64,000 nucleotides of DNA, taken from NCBI GenBank assembly GCA_964350265.1, contig CAYGJZ010000001.1:33944-97943 (forward strand), in the 5' to 3' direction. This stretch comes from an uncultured Gammaproteobacteria bacterium (GTDB lineage: Bacteria; Pseudomonadota; Gammaproteobacteria; Arenicellales; CAJQKF01). A program made the position numbers and the translations under genes. The number at the start of each line of letters is the position of its first letter. Within the stretch, counting starts at the first letter, position 1. Positions 1 to 8,498 of the stretch are shown piece after piece. Below the pieces are notes generated by a model that saw nothing but the letters and a program-made list of their open reading frames with translations, did not search any database and was not told where the DNA came from.

Positions 1-131
1 TCGCCGAACCGCACGTCCCGTGACGGGCGGCCTGGTCGACGACGCGCCGGTTGGCGCTAGCACATGGTCGCAGCAGCCCGCGACAAATCGACAACGGTAC
101 CCATCGCCCACGGTCGGGCTGATCAGCGGCT

Positions 132-175
132 TTTTCGTTTCATGATCTTGCTACATGAAACGAAAATGTTATAGT
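132..175 (+). promoter_or_regulatory. Putative promoter/operator of the Xre-RES toxin-antitoxin operon
   Basis: Perfect 13-bp inverted repeat TTTTCGTTTCATG (132-144) / CATGAAACGAAAA (154-166) with a 9-nt spacer. Sigma70-like TTGCTA (148-153) and TATAGT (170-175) are embedded, directly upstream of the antitoxin gene. Confidence 0.55.
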
Positions 176-257
176 GACTGCCCGTCATCCACCAGCGAGT
201 CGCGAAGGTCCGGTCCGGGCGGCTGCGAGGAACGTCGACCGCAACGAGGCACAGGCT

Positions 258-602
258 ATGTCCCCGTCGAATGCCATTACCAAGACCATCGCCGACCTGC
301 GTGACCACGGCAGGTTGAGTGGTGTCGACCTGGCAAACATCACCGACGTGTCGAGGGCGACCGTTTCGCGTTGGTCATCGGGAAAGGCGGTTCCCCATCC
401 GGGCACGCAACTGGTGCTTTCCGATCTGCGCTTCGTCGTCGATCGTCTCGGCGAGTTCTATTCGCCGGACGAAACCCGTGCCTGGCTGTATGCCAGGAAC
501 CACCTGCTCGACGGTGCACGGGCCATCGAGCTGATCCACGAGAATCGAACCGACGAGGTCCTCGTGGCCATAGAGCGGCTTGGCTCGATGGCCTACCTGT
601 AG
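258..602 (+). CDS. Xre-family HTH antitoxin with DUF2384/MbcA-ParS-like C-terminal domain
   Basis: ORF track 174..602 starts at a GTG inside the -10-like box, so ATG 258 (MSPSNAIT...) is preferred. HTH segment LANITDVSRATVSRWSSGK. Lies 27 nt upstream of a RES-domain gene. Confidence 0.75.
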   Translation: MSPSNAITKTIADLRDHGRLSGVDLANITDVSRATVSRWSSGKAVPHPGTQLVLSDLRFVVDRLGEFYSPDETRAWLYARNHLLDGARAIELIHENRTDEVLVAIERLGSMAYL

Positions 603-629
603 GCAGGAAACGCAGCCCCGGAGATCGCA

Positions 630-1196
630 TTGCGCAGGATGCTCGATTCGCAGTTGCTGGACACCATGGATGTACTGCCGGCGGCGACCTTCACCGGCAA
701 CGTCTGGCGGGTGACCTGGGCGACACGTGAGCCGCTGCTTGGCGGCATCGGTGGCGGCCGATGGTCGCCGGCGAACAGCTTCGAGACCCTCTACACCAGC
801 GCGACACATGACGGTGCGATGGCGGAAGCCTACTACCACCTGTCCAGGGCGCCCGTCTTCTCGTCCTCGACGATGACGATACACACCCTGTCCCTGCAGC
901 TGTCGAGAATGCTGACGCTGACAGGCGAGACGTTGCAACGACTGGGTATCGACGAGCCACTCGCCACCCGCGTGGACTATGACCTGACGCAGGCCATTGG
1001 CGATGCTGCCCACATGCTCGACTACGAGGGCATCTTCGTTCCGAGTGCACGGGCGGATTGCGTGAACGCGGTGCTCTTCCTCGACGCGGTGGATGTCGAT
1101 CGGCAGGTCACGCTGGTTTCGAGCGCGCCGGTGAACTGGCCTGCATGGCGGCAACGACAGCAGGAAGGCCGGCTGCCTTCGCCCCTGCCACGTTAG
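630..1196 (+). CDS. RES-domain toxin (MbcT/ParT-like)
   Basis: 188-aa ORF immediately downstream of the Xre/DUF2384 antitoxin. Size and GGRWSP...ETLYTS... pattern fit RES family proteins. Alternative ATG start at 639. Confidence 0.75.
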   Translation: MRRMLDSQLLDTMDVLPAATFTGNVWRVTWATREPLLGGIGGGRWSPANSFETLYTSATHDGAMAEAYYHLSRAPVFSSSTMTIHTLSLQLSRMLTLTGETLQRLGIDEPLATRVDYDLTQAIGDAAHMLDYEGIFVPSARADCVNAVLFLDAVDVDRQVTLVSSAPVNWPAWRQRQQEGRLPSPLPR

Positions 1197-2017
1197 CGCA
1201 TCTTCATCACCCGGTTGCGGGCGATGGCGGAGACGATCTCGGAGACGAAGACCAGCACCACGATGGACAGCAGGATGGCGGCGACCCGCTCGGTCTCGAT
1301 CTGCAGCACGTTGCGCTTCAGGTACCAGCCCATGCCGCCGGCGCCGAAGAAGCCGACCACGGTGGCGGCGCGGAAGGCCACGTCCCAGGTATAGATGGCG
1401 ATGCCGGTGAAGGCCACCCGCACCTGGGGAAAGACGCCGAACACGAACACCTGCAGCGGGTTGCCGCCGGTGGCGCGGATCGCCTCCACCGGTCCCATGT
1501 CGATGGCCTCCACCTCCTCGGCGAACAGCTTGCCGGCGAAGCCGGCGCAGAAGAAGGTCAGGGCGAGCACGCCGGGCAGCATGCCGAAGCCGAGGATGGA
1601 GACGAAGATGATCGCCCAGATCATCTCGTGCACCGCGCGAAAGCCCATCGTCACCAGCCGTGCCACGGGGTAGATGAAGCGCCGCGACGGGGTCACGTTG
1701 TAGGCCGCGAACCAGCCCAGCGGCAGGGTGATCAGCAGGCCGAACAGCGCGCCGAGGTAGGCCATCTGGATGGTCTCGACCACGTACTGGAAGTAGTCGG
1801 CGTTGAGGATGTAGGCGATGTCCGGCGGGTAGTAGCGGGTGGCCAGGGTGGTGCCCATGCGGTCGAAGATGCCGAGCAGGCGGTGAAGCGGAATCTCGAG
1901 GTAGTCGATGGAATAGCCGAGGAAGAAGGCGGCGCCGAGCCAGGAGCCGAGGCGGATCAACGAGTCGGGATAGCGGAAGCGCCGCCATTGCACCGGGTTG
2001 GCCGTTTGCGTGGTCAT
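1193..2017 (-). CDS. phnE: Phosphonate ABC transporter permease PhnE (distal copy)
   Basis: The last 274 aa of ORF 1193..2866 start at MTTQTANPVQW. Multi-TM permease with PhnE-like EAIDMGPVEAIRATGGNPLQV motif. The upstream part of the long ORF is a GC-rich run-on into the next gene. Confidence 0.85.
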   Translation of the reverse strand: MTTQTANPVQWRRFRYPDSLIRLGSWLGAAFFLGYSIDYLEIPLHRLLGIFDRMGTTLATRYYPPDIAYILNADYFQYVVETIQMAYLGALFGLLITLPLGWFAAYNVTPSRRFIYPVARLVTMGFRAVHEMIWAIIFVSILGFGMLPGVLALTFFCAGFAGKLFAEEVEAIDMGPVEAIRATGGNPLQVFVFGVFPQVRVAFTGIAIYTWDVAFRAATVVGFFGAGGMGWYLKRNVLQIETERVAAILLSIVVLVFVSEIVSAIARNRVMKMR

Positions 2018-2031
2018 GCCTGTGTCCCCGT

Positions 2032-2847
2032 TCAGATGGTCGAGCGACGAACGCGGTGGGAAACGATCTCGCCGATCACGATGATGGCGAGAATGGCGAG
2101 AATCACCGAGGTCACCCCCGGGTAGTTGAAGGTGTTCATCTGTCGGAAGAAGACCAGCCCGAGGCCGCCGGCGCCGACCAGGCCGAGGATGGCCGAGCGG
2201 CGGATGTTGATCTCCCACTCGAAGATGATCACGCCGAGCACCTGCGGCATCACCTGCGGCAGGATGGCGTAGACCAGCACCTGCACCGGGTTGGCGCCGG
2301 TGGCGCGCATCGCCTCCACCGGGCCGGGATCGATGTCCTCGATCGCCTCGGCGGACATCTTGGCAATGAAGCCCAGCGAGCGCACCGCGATGGCGAGTAC
2401 CCCGGCCATGGCGCCGAGGCCGACGGCGGCAACGAAGAACAGCGCCCAGACGATTTCGTGGATGGAGCGGCTCAAGGTCATCAGGAAGCGCGCCAGCGGA
2501 TAGGTGACCGGCTTGAACGGGGTGATGTTCAAGGCCCCGAACCAGGCCACCGGAATGCAAATGACGACGCCGACCAGGGTGCCGATGCAGGCGATCATGA
2601 AGGTCTCGATGGCCGGCTTGACCAGTTGCGGGAGCAGCGACAGGTCCACCGCGAAGAAGCGGCCGGCGGTCTGCAGCACCTCGCCCACCGAGCCCATGCG
2701 TTCCCAGTCGGTATCCTCGATGATGGTGACCTCCACGCTCCAGGCCACCAGCGCCAGCAGCACCAGGTAGAACACGCCGCGTCGGGTGCGTGCCCGGCGT
2801 CGATGGTCGACGATGCGCTCGGCGACGGCGGAGAGCGAAGCCGTCAT
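2032..2847 (-). CDS. phnE: Phosphonate ABC transporter permease PhnE (proximal copy)
   Basis: 271 aa from MTASLSAV within ORF 2032..2991. The ATG overlaps the phnC stop (TGATG). Motif EAIEDIDPGPVEAMRATGANPVQV is paralogous to the downstream permease. Confidence 0.85.
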   Translation of the reverse strand: MTASLSAVAERIVDHRRRARTRRGVFYLVLLALVAWSVEVTIIEDTDWERMGSVGEVLQTAGRFFAVDLSLLPQLVKPAIETFMIACIGTLVGVVICIPVAWFGALNITPFKPVTYPLARFLMTLSRSIHEIVWALFFVAAVGLGAMAGVLAIAVRSLGFIAKMSAEAIEDIDPGPVEAMRATGANPVQVLVYAILPQVMPQVLGVIIFEWEINIRRSAILGLVGAGGLGLVFFRQMNTFNYPGVTSVILAILAIIVIGEIVSHRVRRSTI

Positions 2848-3599
2848 CACAGCACCTCCATGGCATAGATCTCGGCCAGCTTGGCCTGGTCCATGTCGCT
2901 GGTGGGGCCGTTGAACATGACCACGCCGTCCTGCAGGCCGAGGATCTTGTTGCACGACTCCATCGCCAGGTTGACGTCGTGGATGTTGCACAGGCAGGGC
3001 ACGTTCAGTTCCCGCGCCATGTTCTTCACCAGTCCCATGATCTCGCGGGAGATCTTCGGGTCCAGCGCCGAGGTGGGTTCGTCGAGCAGCAGCAGCTTCG
3101 GCTCCTGCATCAGGGCGCGGGCAATGCCGACCCGCTGGCGCTGGCCACCGGACAGCTCGTCGGCACGCTTGTCGACGTGGTCGATCAGGCCGACCCGTGC
3201 AAGCAGCGCCAGCGCGCGGTCGATGTCCTCGCGGGGGAAGGCGCGCACGATGCTGCGCAGCGTCCCGGTATAGCCCAGTCGGCCGGAGAGCACGTTGTCC
3301 ATCACGCTCATGCGGTCGATCAGGTTGAACTCCTGGAAGATCATGCCGATGTCGCGCCGCAGCGCACGTAGCTGCCGGCCGTTCAGCTCGGTCACGTTGC
3401 GCGCATCGAAGCGGATGCTGCCGCTGGTCGGCTGCACCAGGTGGTTGATGCAGCGGATCAGGGTCGACTTGCCGGCCCCGCTCGGGCCGATGATGGCGAA
3501 GAAGTCGTCGTCCTCGACATCGAAGCTGATTCCCTTGAGGATCTCCGGGCCACCGCTGGCATAGCGAACCTTGAGATCACGGACTTCCAGTATGGCCAC
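2847..3599 (-). CDS. phnC: Phosphonate ABC transporter ATP-binding protein PhnC
   Basis: 250-aa ORF. Walker A GPSGAGKST, signature LSGGQRQR, Walker B LLLLDEP. Sits between phnD and phnE. Confidence 0.9.
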   Translation of the reverse strand: MAILEVRDLKVRYASGGPEILKGISFDVEDDDFFAIIGPSGAGKSTLIRCINHLVQPTSGSIRFDARNVTELNGRQLRALRRDIGMIFQEFNLIDRMSVMDNVLSGRLGYTGTLRSIVRAFPREDIDRALALLARVGLIDHVDKRADELSGGQRQRVGIARALMQEPKLLLLDEPTSALDPKISREIMGLVKNMARELNVPCLCNIHDVNLAMESCNKILGLQDGVVMFNGPTSDMDQAKLAEIYAMEVL

Positions 3600-3704
3600 G
3601 GCTTGCTCCTCGCTCCGGCACCGGGTGCCGGTCTGTATTCATCAGGTGGCCGCCCGCGACGGAACCGGGTCCCGTCGCGGACGGCGTTGCTGGCTCTGCG
3701 CGGA

Positions 3705-4619
3705 TCAGTTCTGCGCGTCCTTGGCCTTTTTCAGGTCGCGGATGATGTCGTAGTCCGCCGAGGTCATGGCGACGAAGGTGTTGGACTTGACGTTGTCGAG
3801 GAATTTCTTCGCCGCCGGCTGGTCCTTCAGACCGAGGAACGTCTCGCGGATGTTGGCCTTCAGCTCCTCGCACAGGTTGTCCAGGTAGACGAAGGGATCC
3901 TGCGGAATGGGGTTCGACTGCCACAGGATGTTGACGTCGTCGAGCGAGGCCTCGCCCTTGTTGACGACGTTGTCGAAGCGGTGCGAGGCGACGAAGGCGG
4001 CGTCCACGCGGCCTTCCACCACCGCCACCGTGGACAGCTCGTGGCTGCCGGTGTAGACCACCTTGCTGAAGTAGCTGTCGAGATCCTCGCCGCCGATCTC
4101 CCTGGCGAAGGATACCCGCGGCAGCAGGTTGCCGGAGGTGCTGCCCGGATCGGTGAGGCCCAGCGTGGAGCCCTTCAGCGAGGCGATGTCGGTGAACTTC
4201 GAACCCTTCTTGCTGATCAGCACGCCACGGTAGCCCGGACCCTCTTCCTGCATGTGCCCGGCCTTCTTCGCATAGGTGGCGAAGACCTCGATGTTCGGGT
4301 CCTTCTCGTTGGCGATGACGTAGCTGTAGGGGCCGAGCACGCCGACGTGGACGAAGCCGCCGAGCATGCCCTCCACCACCGAGGCATAGGAAGTCGGCAT
4401 GAAGAAGGAAACCTTCTTGCCGGTCATCTCCGCCAGCCGGTTGGTGACCGGCGCATACAGTTCCAGTTCCGCCACCGTCTCCTCGGTGGGGATGATGGCG
4501 AAGGTCAGCGACTCGGGGTCCTGGCACTCCGCGGCGAAGGCATGGGTGGTGGTCAGGCCGATGGCCAGCGCGCCGCTGGCGAGCAGGCGGGTGGCGTTGC
4601 GCAGCATGGTGTGTCTCAT
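3705..4619 (-). CDS. phnD: Phosphonate ABC transporter periplasmic substrate-binding protein PhnD
   Basis: 304 aa from MRHTMLRN within ORF 3705..4835. Signal peptide ...THAFA, PhnD-like LTFAIIPTEE and GSTSG motifs, GGAG RBS before the ATG at 4619. Confidence 0.85.
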   Translation of the reverse strand: MRHTMLRNATRLLASGALAIGLTTTHAFAAECQDPESLTFAIIPTEETVAELELYAPVTNRLAEMTGKKVSFFMPTSYASVVEGMLGGFVHVGVLGPYSYVIANEKDPNIEVFATYAKKAGHMQEEGPGYRGVLISKKGSKFTDIASLKGSTLGLTDPGSTSGNLLPRVSFAREIGGEDLDSYFSKVVYTGSHELSTVAVVEGRVDAAFVASHRFDNVVNKGEASLDDVNILWQSNPIPQDPFVYLDNLCEELKANIRETFLGLKDQPAAKKFLDNVKSNTFVAMTSADYDIIRDLKKAKDAQN

Positions 4620-4695
4620 GGCTTTCTCCTCGTGGATGGTGCCCGTGTGCGGGCTGTCGTGACTCGAGTACGCGCGGCCAGCGGCCGCGTGCGTC

Positions 4696-5799
4696 TCAAG
4701 CTTGTAGAAATTCTTGCTCGACGCGCTCGCGCGCACCGATGAAGTTGCGACCGCGCTCGCCGCCGATGGCGTCGACCACCCAGCGCTGCCACTGCTCCTC
4801 GCTGACACCGTAGTCGGCGAAGCGGGTGGAGACACCCAGGGTCTCCAGCAGCGCCTCGAGGCGCGCCGGCGCCGCGGCGAGGTCGTCGCCGAAGATCTCG
4901 CGCAGGGCGTTGTCGCAGTCGCGGTGAGTGCCGATCACGCTGCGCATCACCGCCGGCAGGGTAAAGGAGCAGGCCAGGCCATGGGCGATGCCGTGGTGGA
5001 GCGTCACCGGGTAGGACAGCGAGTGGGCCAGCGCGGTGCGGGTATTGGAGAAGGCCAGTCCCGCCATCATCGCGGCGCGGGCAAGATGCGCGCGCCGTGG
5101 CAGGTCGTCGAGGTTCTCGGCCAGGGGGCCGAGGTGGGCCAGGATGTCCCGCGAGGCGGTGATGGCGAAGCGGGTCGACACCGGGTTGGCGTTCACGTTC
5201 CAGATGCTTTCCAGCGAATGCGACAGGGCGTCGAGACCGGTGCCGATGGTCAGGCCGCGGGGCATGCCGGCCATCAGGGCCGGGTCGATGAAGGCATGGG
5301 TCGGGTAGAGGTCGTCGCGGGCCAGCGAGTACTTCTTCGAAGCCTCGGTGTCCCACACCGTGGCCCAGCTGGTGACCTCGCTGCCGGTGCCGGCGGTGGT
5401 CGGCACCGCGATCAGCGGCAGCGCCGGGGCGATCTCGCCTGCGCCCGGCTGCTCGAGGTGGCGCTGCACCGGCTCGAAGCCGGTGGGGCCGAAGGCCAGC
5501 ACCTTGGCGGCGTCGATCACCGAGCCGCCGCCCACCGCCACCACCAGCTCCACCCGCTCGGCGGCCTCGGCCAGCCGCCGACCCGATGCACGCAGGTGGA
5601 TGAAGTCCGGGTTCGGCTGGATGTTGTCGATGATGATGACCGGCTCGTGGGCGACCTCGGCGAGACGCCGTCCGAGGTCGGCGAACAACGGTTCGTCGTA
5701 GGTCACCAGGGCGTAGGCGCGCTCGCCGATCGCCTCGCCGAGCTGGTCGAAGCAGTCGACGCCGAATCGAATCGCCACGGGGTTGCGGTAATGCCACAT
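4696..5799 (-). CDS. Iron-containing (group III) alcohol dehydrogenase, phosphonoacetaldehyde-reductase-like
   Basis: 367 aa from MWHYRNPV within ORF 4696..5925, GAGGAGG RBS. Fe-ADH motifs GGGSVIDAAK, PTTAGTGSE and LSHSLE...H...HG. First gene of the phn transporter operon. Confidence 0.8.
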   Translation of the reverse strand: MWHYRNPVAIRFGVDCFDQLGEAIGERAYALVTYDEPLFADLGRRLAEVAHEPVIIIDNIQPNPDFIHLRASGRRLAEAAERVELVVAVGGGSVIDAAKVLAFGPTGFEPVQRHLEQPGAGEIAPALPLIAVPTTAGTGSEVTSWATVWDTEASKKYSLARDDLYPTHAFIDPALMAGMPRGLTIGTGLDALSHSLESIWNVNANPVSTRFAITASRDILAHLGPLAENLDDLPRRAHLARAAMMAGLAFSNTRTALAHSLSYPVTLHHGIAHGLACSFTLPAVMRSVIGTHRDCDNALREIFGDDLAAAPARLEALLETLGVSTRFADYGVSEEQWQRWVVDAIGGERGRNFIGARERVEQEFLQA

Positions 5800-5898
5800 C
5801 CGGGAAGTTCCTCCTCTCGCCCTGTCCCTGTTCGGGCCTTGAATGCTGTCCTTGACAACAGGGTCGCACCGTGAATAACTATTTGTCCAATGCAAAAA

Positions 5899-5913
5899 AT
5901 AGATTCGATCTAT
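5899..5913. promoter_or_regulatory. LysR-type (T-N11-A) palindromic box in the ADH-phn / lysR divergent region
   Basis: Perfect palindrome ATAGAT-TCG-ATCTAT, 12 nt upstream of the LysR start codon in the 125-bp divergent intergenic region. Confidence 0.5.
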
Positions 5914-5924
5914 TGCTTTAAGCA

Positions 5925-6836
5925 ATGAGTTACACCCACCTGCGCTCCTTCGACGCGGTCGCCACCGAGGGTGGCTTCACCGCCGCCGCCCGTGTCCTGA
6001 ACATCGGCCAGCCCACCGTCACCAGCCAGGTGCGGGCGCTGGAGGACCGCTTCGGCGTGGAGCTGTTCCAGCGTCGTGGCCGCCAGGTCGCGCTCACCGA
6101 GGCCGGTCGCGCCCTGCATGCCATCACCCGGCGGATGATGCGCCTGGAAGAGGATGCCCGCGACCTGCTCAATGCCTACGGCGGCTTCCACGTCGGCACG
6201 CTGAAGGTGGGCGCGGTGGGTCCCTACCACGCCACCGAGATGCTCAGCGCCTTCAACGACCGCTACCCGGACATTCGCATCGCGGTGACGGTGGGCAACT
6301 CCAAGGAGATGGTGCAGCGCCTGCTGGACTACAGCGTGGATGTGGCCGTGCTGGCCCATGTCGAGGACGATCCGCGCATCTTCGCCATGCCCTACAGCTC
6401 GCACCCGGTGGTGGTGATCATCAACAATGCCCACCCGCTGGCCGACCGGCCCAGCCTCACCCTGGGCGAGCTGGCCGGCGAGCGCATGGTGTTCCGCGAA
6501 GAAGGGTCCACCACCCGCCGCGCCTTCGAGACGGCGCTGGCCGGGCAGGGCCTGTTCATCGATCCGGTGATGGAGTTCGGCAGCCGCGAGGCGGTCTGGC
6601 TGGCGGTGGTGCGCGGGGTGGGCATCGGCGTGGTGTCGGCCTTCGAGTACATCCCGCACCCGGACATTCGCGCCATTCCCATTGCCGATGTCGACGTGCG
6701 CACCACCGCCCATGTCAACTGCCTGGTGGAGCGGCGCGAGTCGCGCCTGGTGCAGGCCTACTTCCAGGTGGCCAGGGAACTGCTCGACAGCGGCCGCTTC
6801 GCCGCCCATGCCGGCGACAAGGGCGGCCCGGGCTGA
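5925..6836 (+). CDS. LysR-family transcriptional regulator
   Basis: 303-aa ORF. N-terminal wHTH LRSFDAVATEGGFTAAARVLNIGQPTVTSQVRALE plus LysR substrate-binding domain. Divergent from the ADH-phnDCEE operon. Confidence 0.9.
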   Translation: MSYTHLRSFDAVATEGGFTAAARVLNIGQPTVTSQVRALEDRFGVELFQRRGRQVALTEAGRALHAITRRMMRLEEDARDLLNAYGGFHVGTLKVGAVGPYHATEMLSAFNDRYPDIRIAVTVGNSKEMVQRLLDYSVDVAVLAHVEDDPRIFAMPYSSHPVVVIINNAHPLADRPSLTLGELAGERMVFREEGSTTRRAFETALAGQGLFIDPVMEFGSREAVWLAVVRGVGIGVVSAFEYIPHPDIRAIPIADVDVRTTAHVNCLVERRESRLVQAYFQVARELLDSGRFAAHAGDKGGPG

Positions 6837-6864
6837 TCGCCGGCCCGGGCCGCGCTGTCGGCGG

Positions 6865-7293
6865 TCAGCCGCCCGGGGCGGTCTTCGTCTCGGTGACGGC
6901 GAGTCCCTCGATGCCGGCGTAGAAGACGATGATGGTGGCCGGCACGTCGCCGTCGTTGCGACCGCTGTGCCAGGTGTCCACCACTTCGACGATGGCCTCG
7001 CCGGCGCTGAGGTGGAGGCTCGTGCCATCCTCGGTGGTCACCGTCAGCTCGCCGGCCAGCAGCACCCCGGCGTTGATCACCGGGTGACGATGCAGGGGCA
7101 GCGTGAAGCCGGGCGGAATCTCGATCTTCAGGACCAGCACCTCCGGACTGCCCTGGGCATAGGCGGGCAGGCTGCCGCCGTCCCAGCTGGTGGTGCTCTT
7201 CGCGAGCACCTCCACGGTGGGCGTGGCGACGGCCGCGTCGGCAAAGGCCTGGGGCGTGGCGAGGAGGGCGGTGCAAAGGATCCAGGGTTTCAT
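6865..7293 (-). CDS. Secreted cupin-domain protein
   Basis: 142-aa ORF. Signal peptide MKPWILCTALLATPQAFA. Cupin motif PLHRHP...G...H. Confidence 0.7.
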   Translation of the reverse strand: MKPWILCTALLATPQAFADAAVATPTVEVLAKSTTSWDGGSLPAYAQGSPEVLVLKIEIPPGFTLPLHRHPVINAGVLLAGELTVTTEDGTSLHLSAGEAIVEVVDTWHSGRNDGDVPATIIVFYAGIEGLAVTETKTAPGG

Positions 7294-7427
7294 GTTGCAA
7301 TTTCCTTGTTGTTCGTTTCGGGTGGATGAATCCCGTCACCCGTGTCCGCGCCACGCACGACGCGTACATGGCGTCGCCGGTCCGCGGCAGTGCCAAGCAT
7401 AGCGCAGGTTGGCCGCCCGCGTGGCGA

Positions 7428-8408
7428 TCAGGCGGTGGCGATGACGATGGCCCGCCGCGGCGCCGGGTAGCCTTCCACGGTGCGCGACGGGTCGTGCAGG
7501 TCGAGGGCATCGGCCAGCGACTCGAAGGGCATCCAGTCGGTGGCGCGCTGCTCGGCCTGCGTGGTGACACTGACATCCACCACCTCGATGGCCGAGAACT
7601 TCATCCTCGCCAGCCAGCGGACGAGGGCCGCGGTGGAGGGCAGGAACCAGGTGTTGCCCATGCGTGCATAGCGCCCGGCCGGCACCAGCACGGTGTCGTC
7701 GCCGCCCTCCACCACCAGGGTCTCCAGCACCAGCTGGCCGCCCGCCCGGAGCGCGCCGCGCAGCTGGCGCAGGTGATCGAAGGGCGAGCGCTGGTGGTAG
7801 AGCACGCCCATGGAGAACACCGTGTCGAAGGCATGGCGGTCGGCAGGAAGCTGTTCCAGCCGCGCCGGCAGCACCCAGGCGCGGTGGTCACCGAGGTAGC
7901 GGCGCAGGGCCAGGAACTGCACCACGTAGAGCAGCATCGGCTCCAGGCCCAGCACCGTGGCGGCGCCGGCGCCGGCCATGCGCCAGGCGTGGTAGCCGCT
8001 GCCGCAGCCGACATCGAGCACCGCGCGGCCGGCCAGCGGGGCGATGGCGTCGGCCAGCCGCGCCCACTTCAGGTCGCTGCGCCACTCGGTGTCGATGTCG
8101 ACGCCGAACAGCGAGAACGGTCCCTTGCGCCAGGGCATCAGCGAACGCAGCGCTCCGACCAGCTGCGCGCGAAGGTCGTCGTCGAGGGGTTGCCCGCGAT
8201 CGGCGCCGACCACCGCGGCGTCGAGGGTCACCGTGTCGGCGGACAGCGCGGGCAGGGTGTCGAGGGCGTCCAGCCAGCGCTGCCGCTCACCGTGGGGATG
8301 CTCGGCGAGGCTGCCCTGGGCGGTGATCCAAGGCGCCAGTGCCGGCAGGCGCACGGCGAGGGCGACGGTGTCGAGGTCCGCCGGCGCAGGACGATGGGAT
8401 TCAGGCAT
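7428..8408 (-). CDS. cmoB: tRNA U34 carboxymethyltransferase CmoB
   Basis: 326-aa ORF with CmoB hallmarks LMPWRKGPFSLFG, IDTEWRSDLKW, SAM motif VLDVGCGSGYH, and FSMGVLYH. Confidence 0.9.
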   Translation of the reverse strand: MPESHRPAPADLDTVALAVRLPALAPWITAQGSLAEHPHGERQRWLDALDTLPALSADTVTLDAAVVGADRGQPLDDDLRAQLVGALRSLMPWRKGPFSLFGVDIDTEWRSDLKWARLADAIAPLAGRAVLDVGCGSGYHAWRMAGAGAATVLGLEPMLLYVVQFLALRRYLGDHRAWVLPARLEQLPADRHAFDTVFSMGVLYHQRSPFDHLRQLRGALRAGGQLVLETLVVEGGDDTVLVPAGRYARMGNTWFLPSTAALVRWLARMKFSAIEVVDVSVTTQAEQRATDWMPFESLADALDLHDPSRTVEGYPAPRRAIVIATA

Positions 8409-8498
8409 GCTGTCGATGGTTTACCATTGCCGGGGCCATTGTATCGGCCAACCGGCGACAACGCGTACCTGCGCGACCAACCAACGGGTGTTGCGACC

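Noticed and set aside
375-2125. Long ORFs 375..1988 (-) and 1058..2125 (+), and similar giants elsewhere (16874..18835 -, 18570..21512 +, 30046..32925 +, 47488..50424 -, 54849..57599 -, 14485..16965 -).
   Set aside because: They are Arg/Gly/Pro/Ala-rich shadow frames typical of a high-GC genome. They lie antisense to, or out of frame with, genes that have clear family motifs, RBSs and operon logic.
1193-2866. The ORF track shows single fused ORFs spanning two genes (1193..2866; 11630..14335; 7326..9656; 8339..10792; 9475..11640).
   Set aside because: The N-terminal extensions are low-complexity run-ons caused by the lack of stop codons. Internal starts with RBSs, stop/start overlaps and family-length products give the real gene boundaries.
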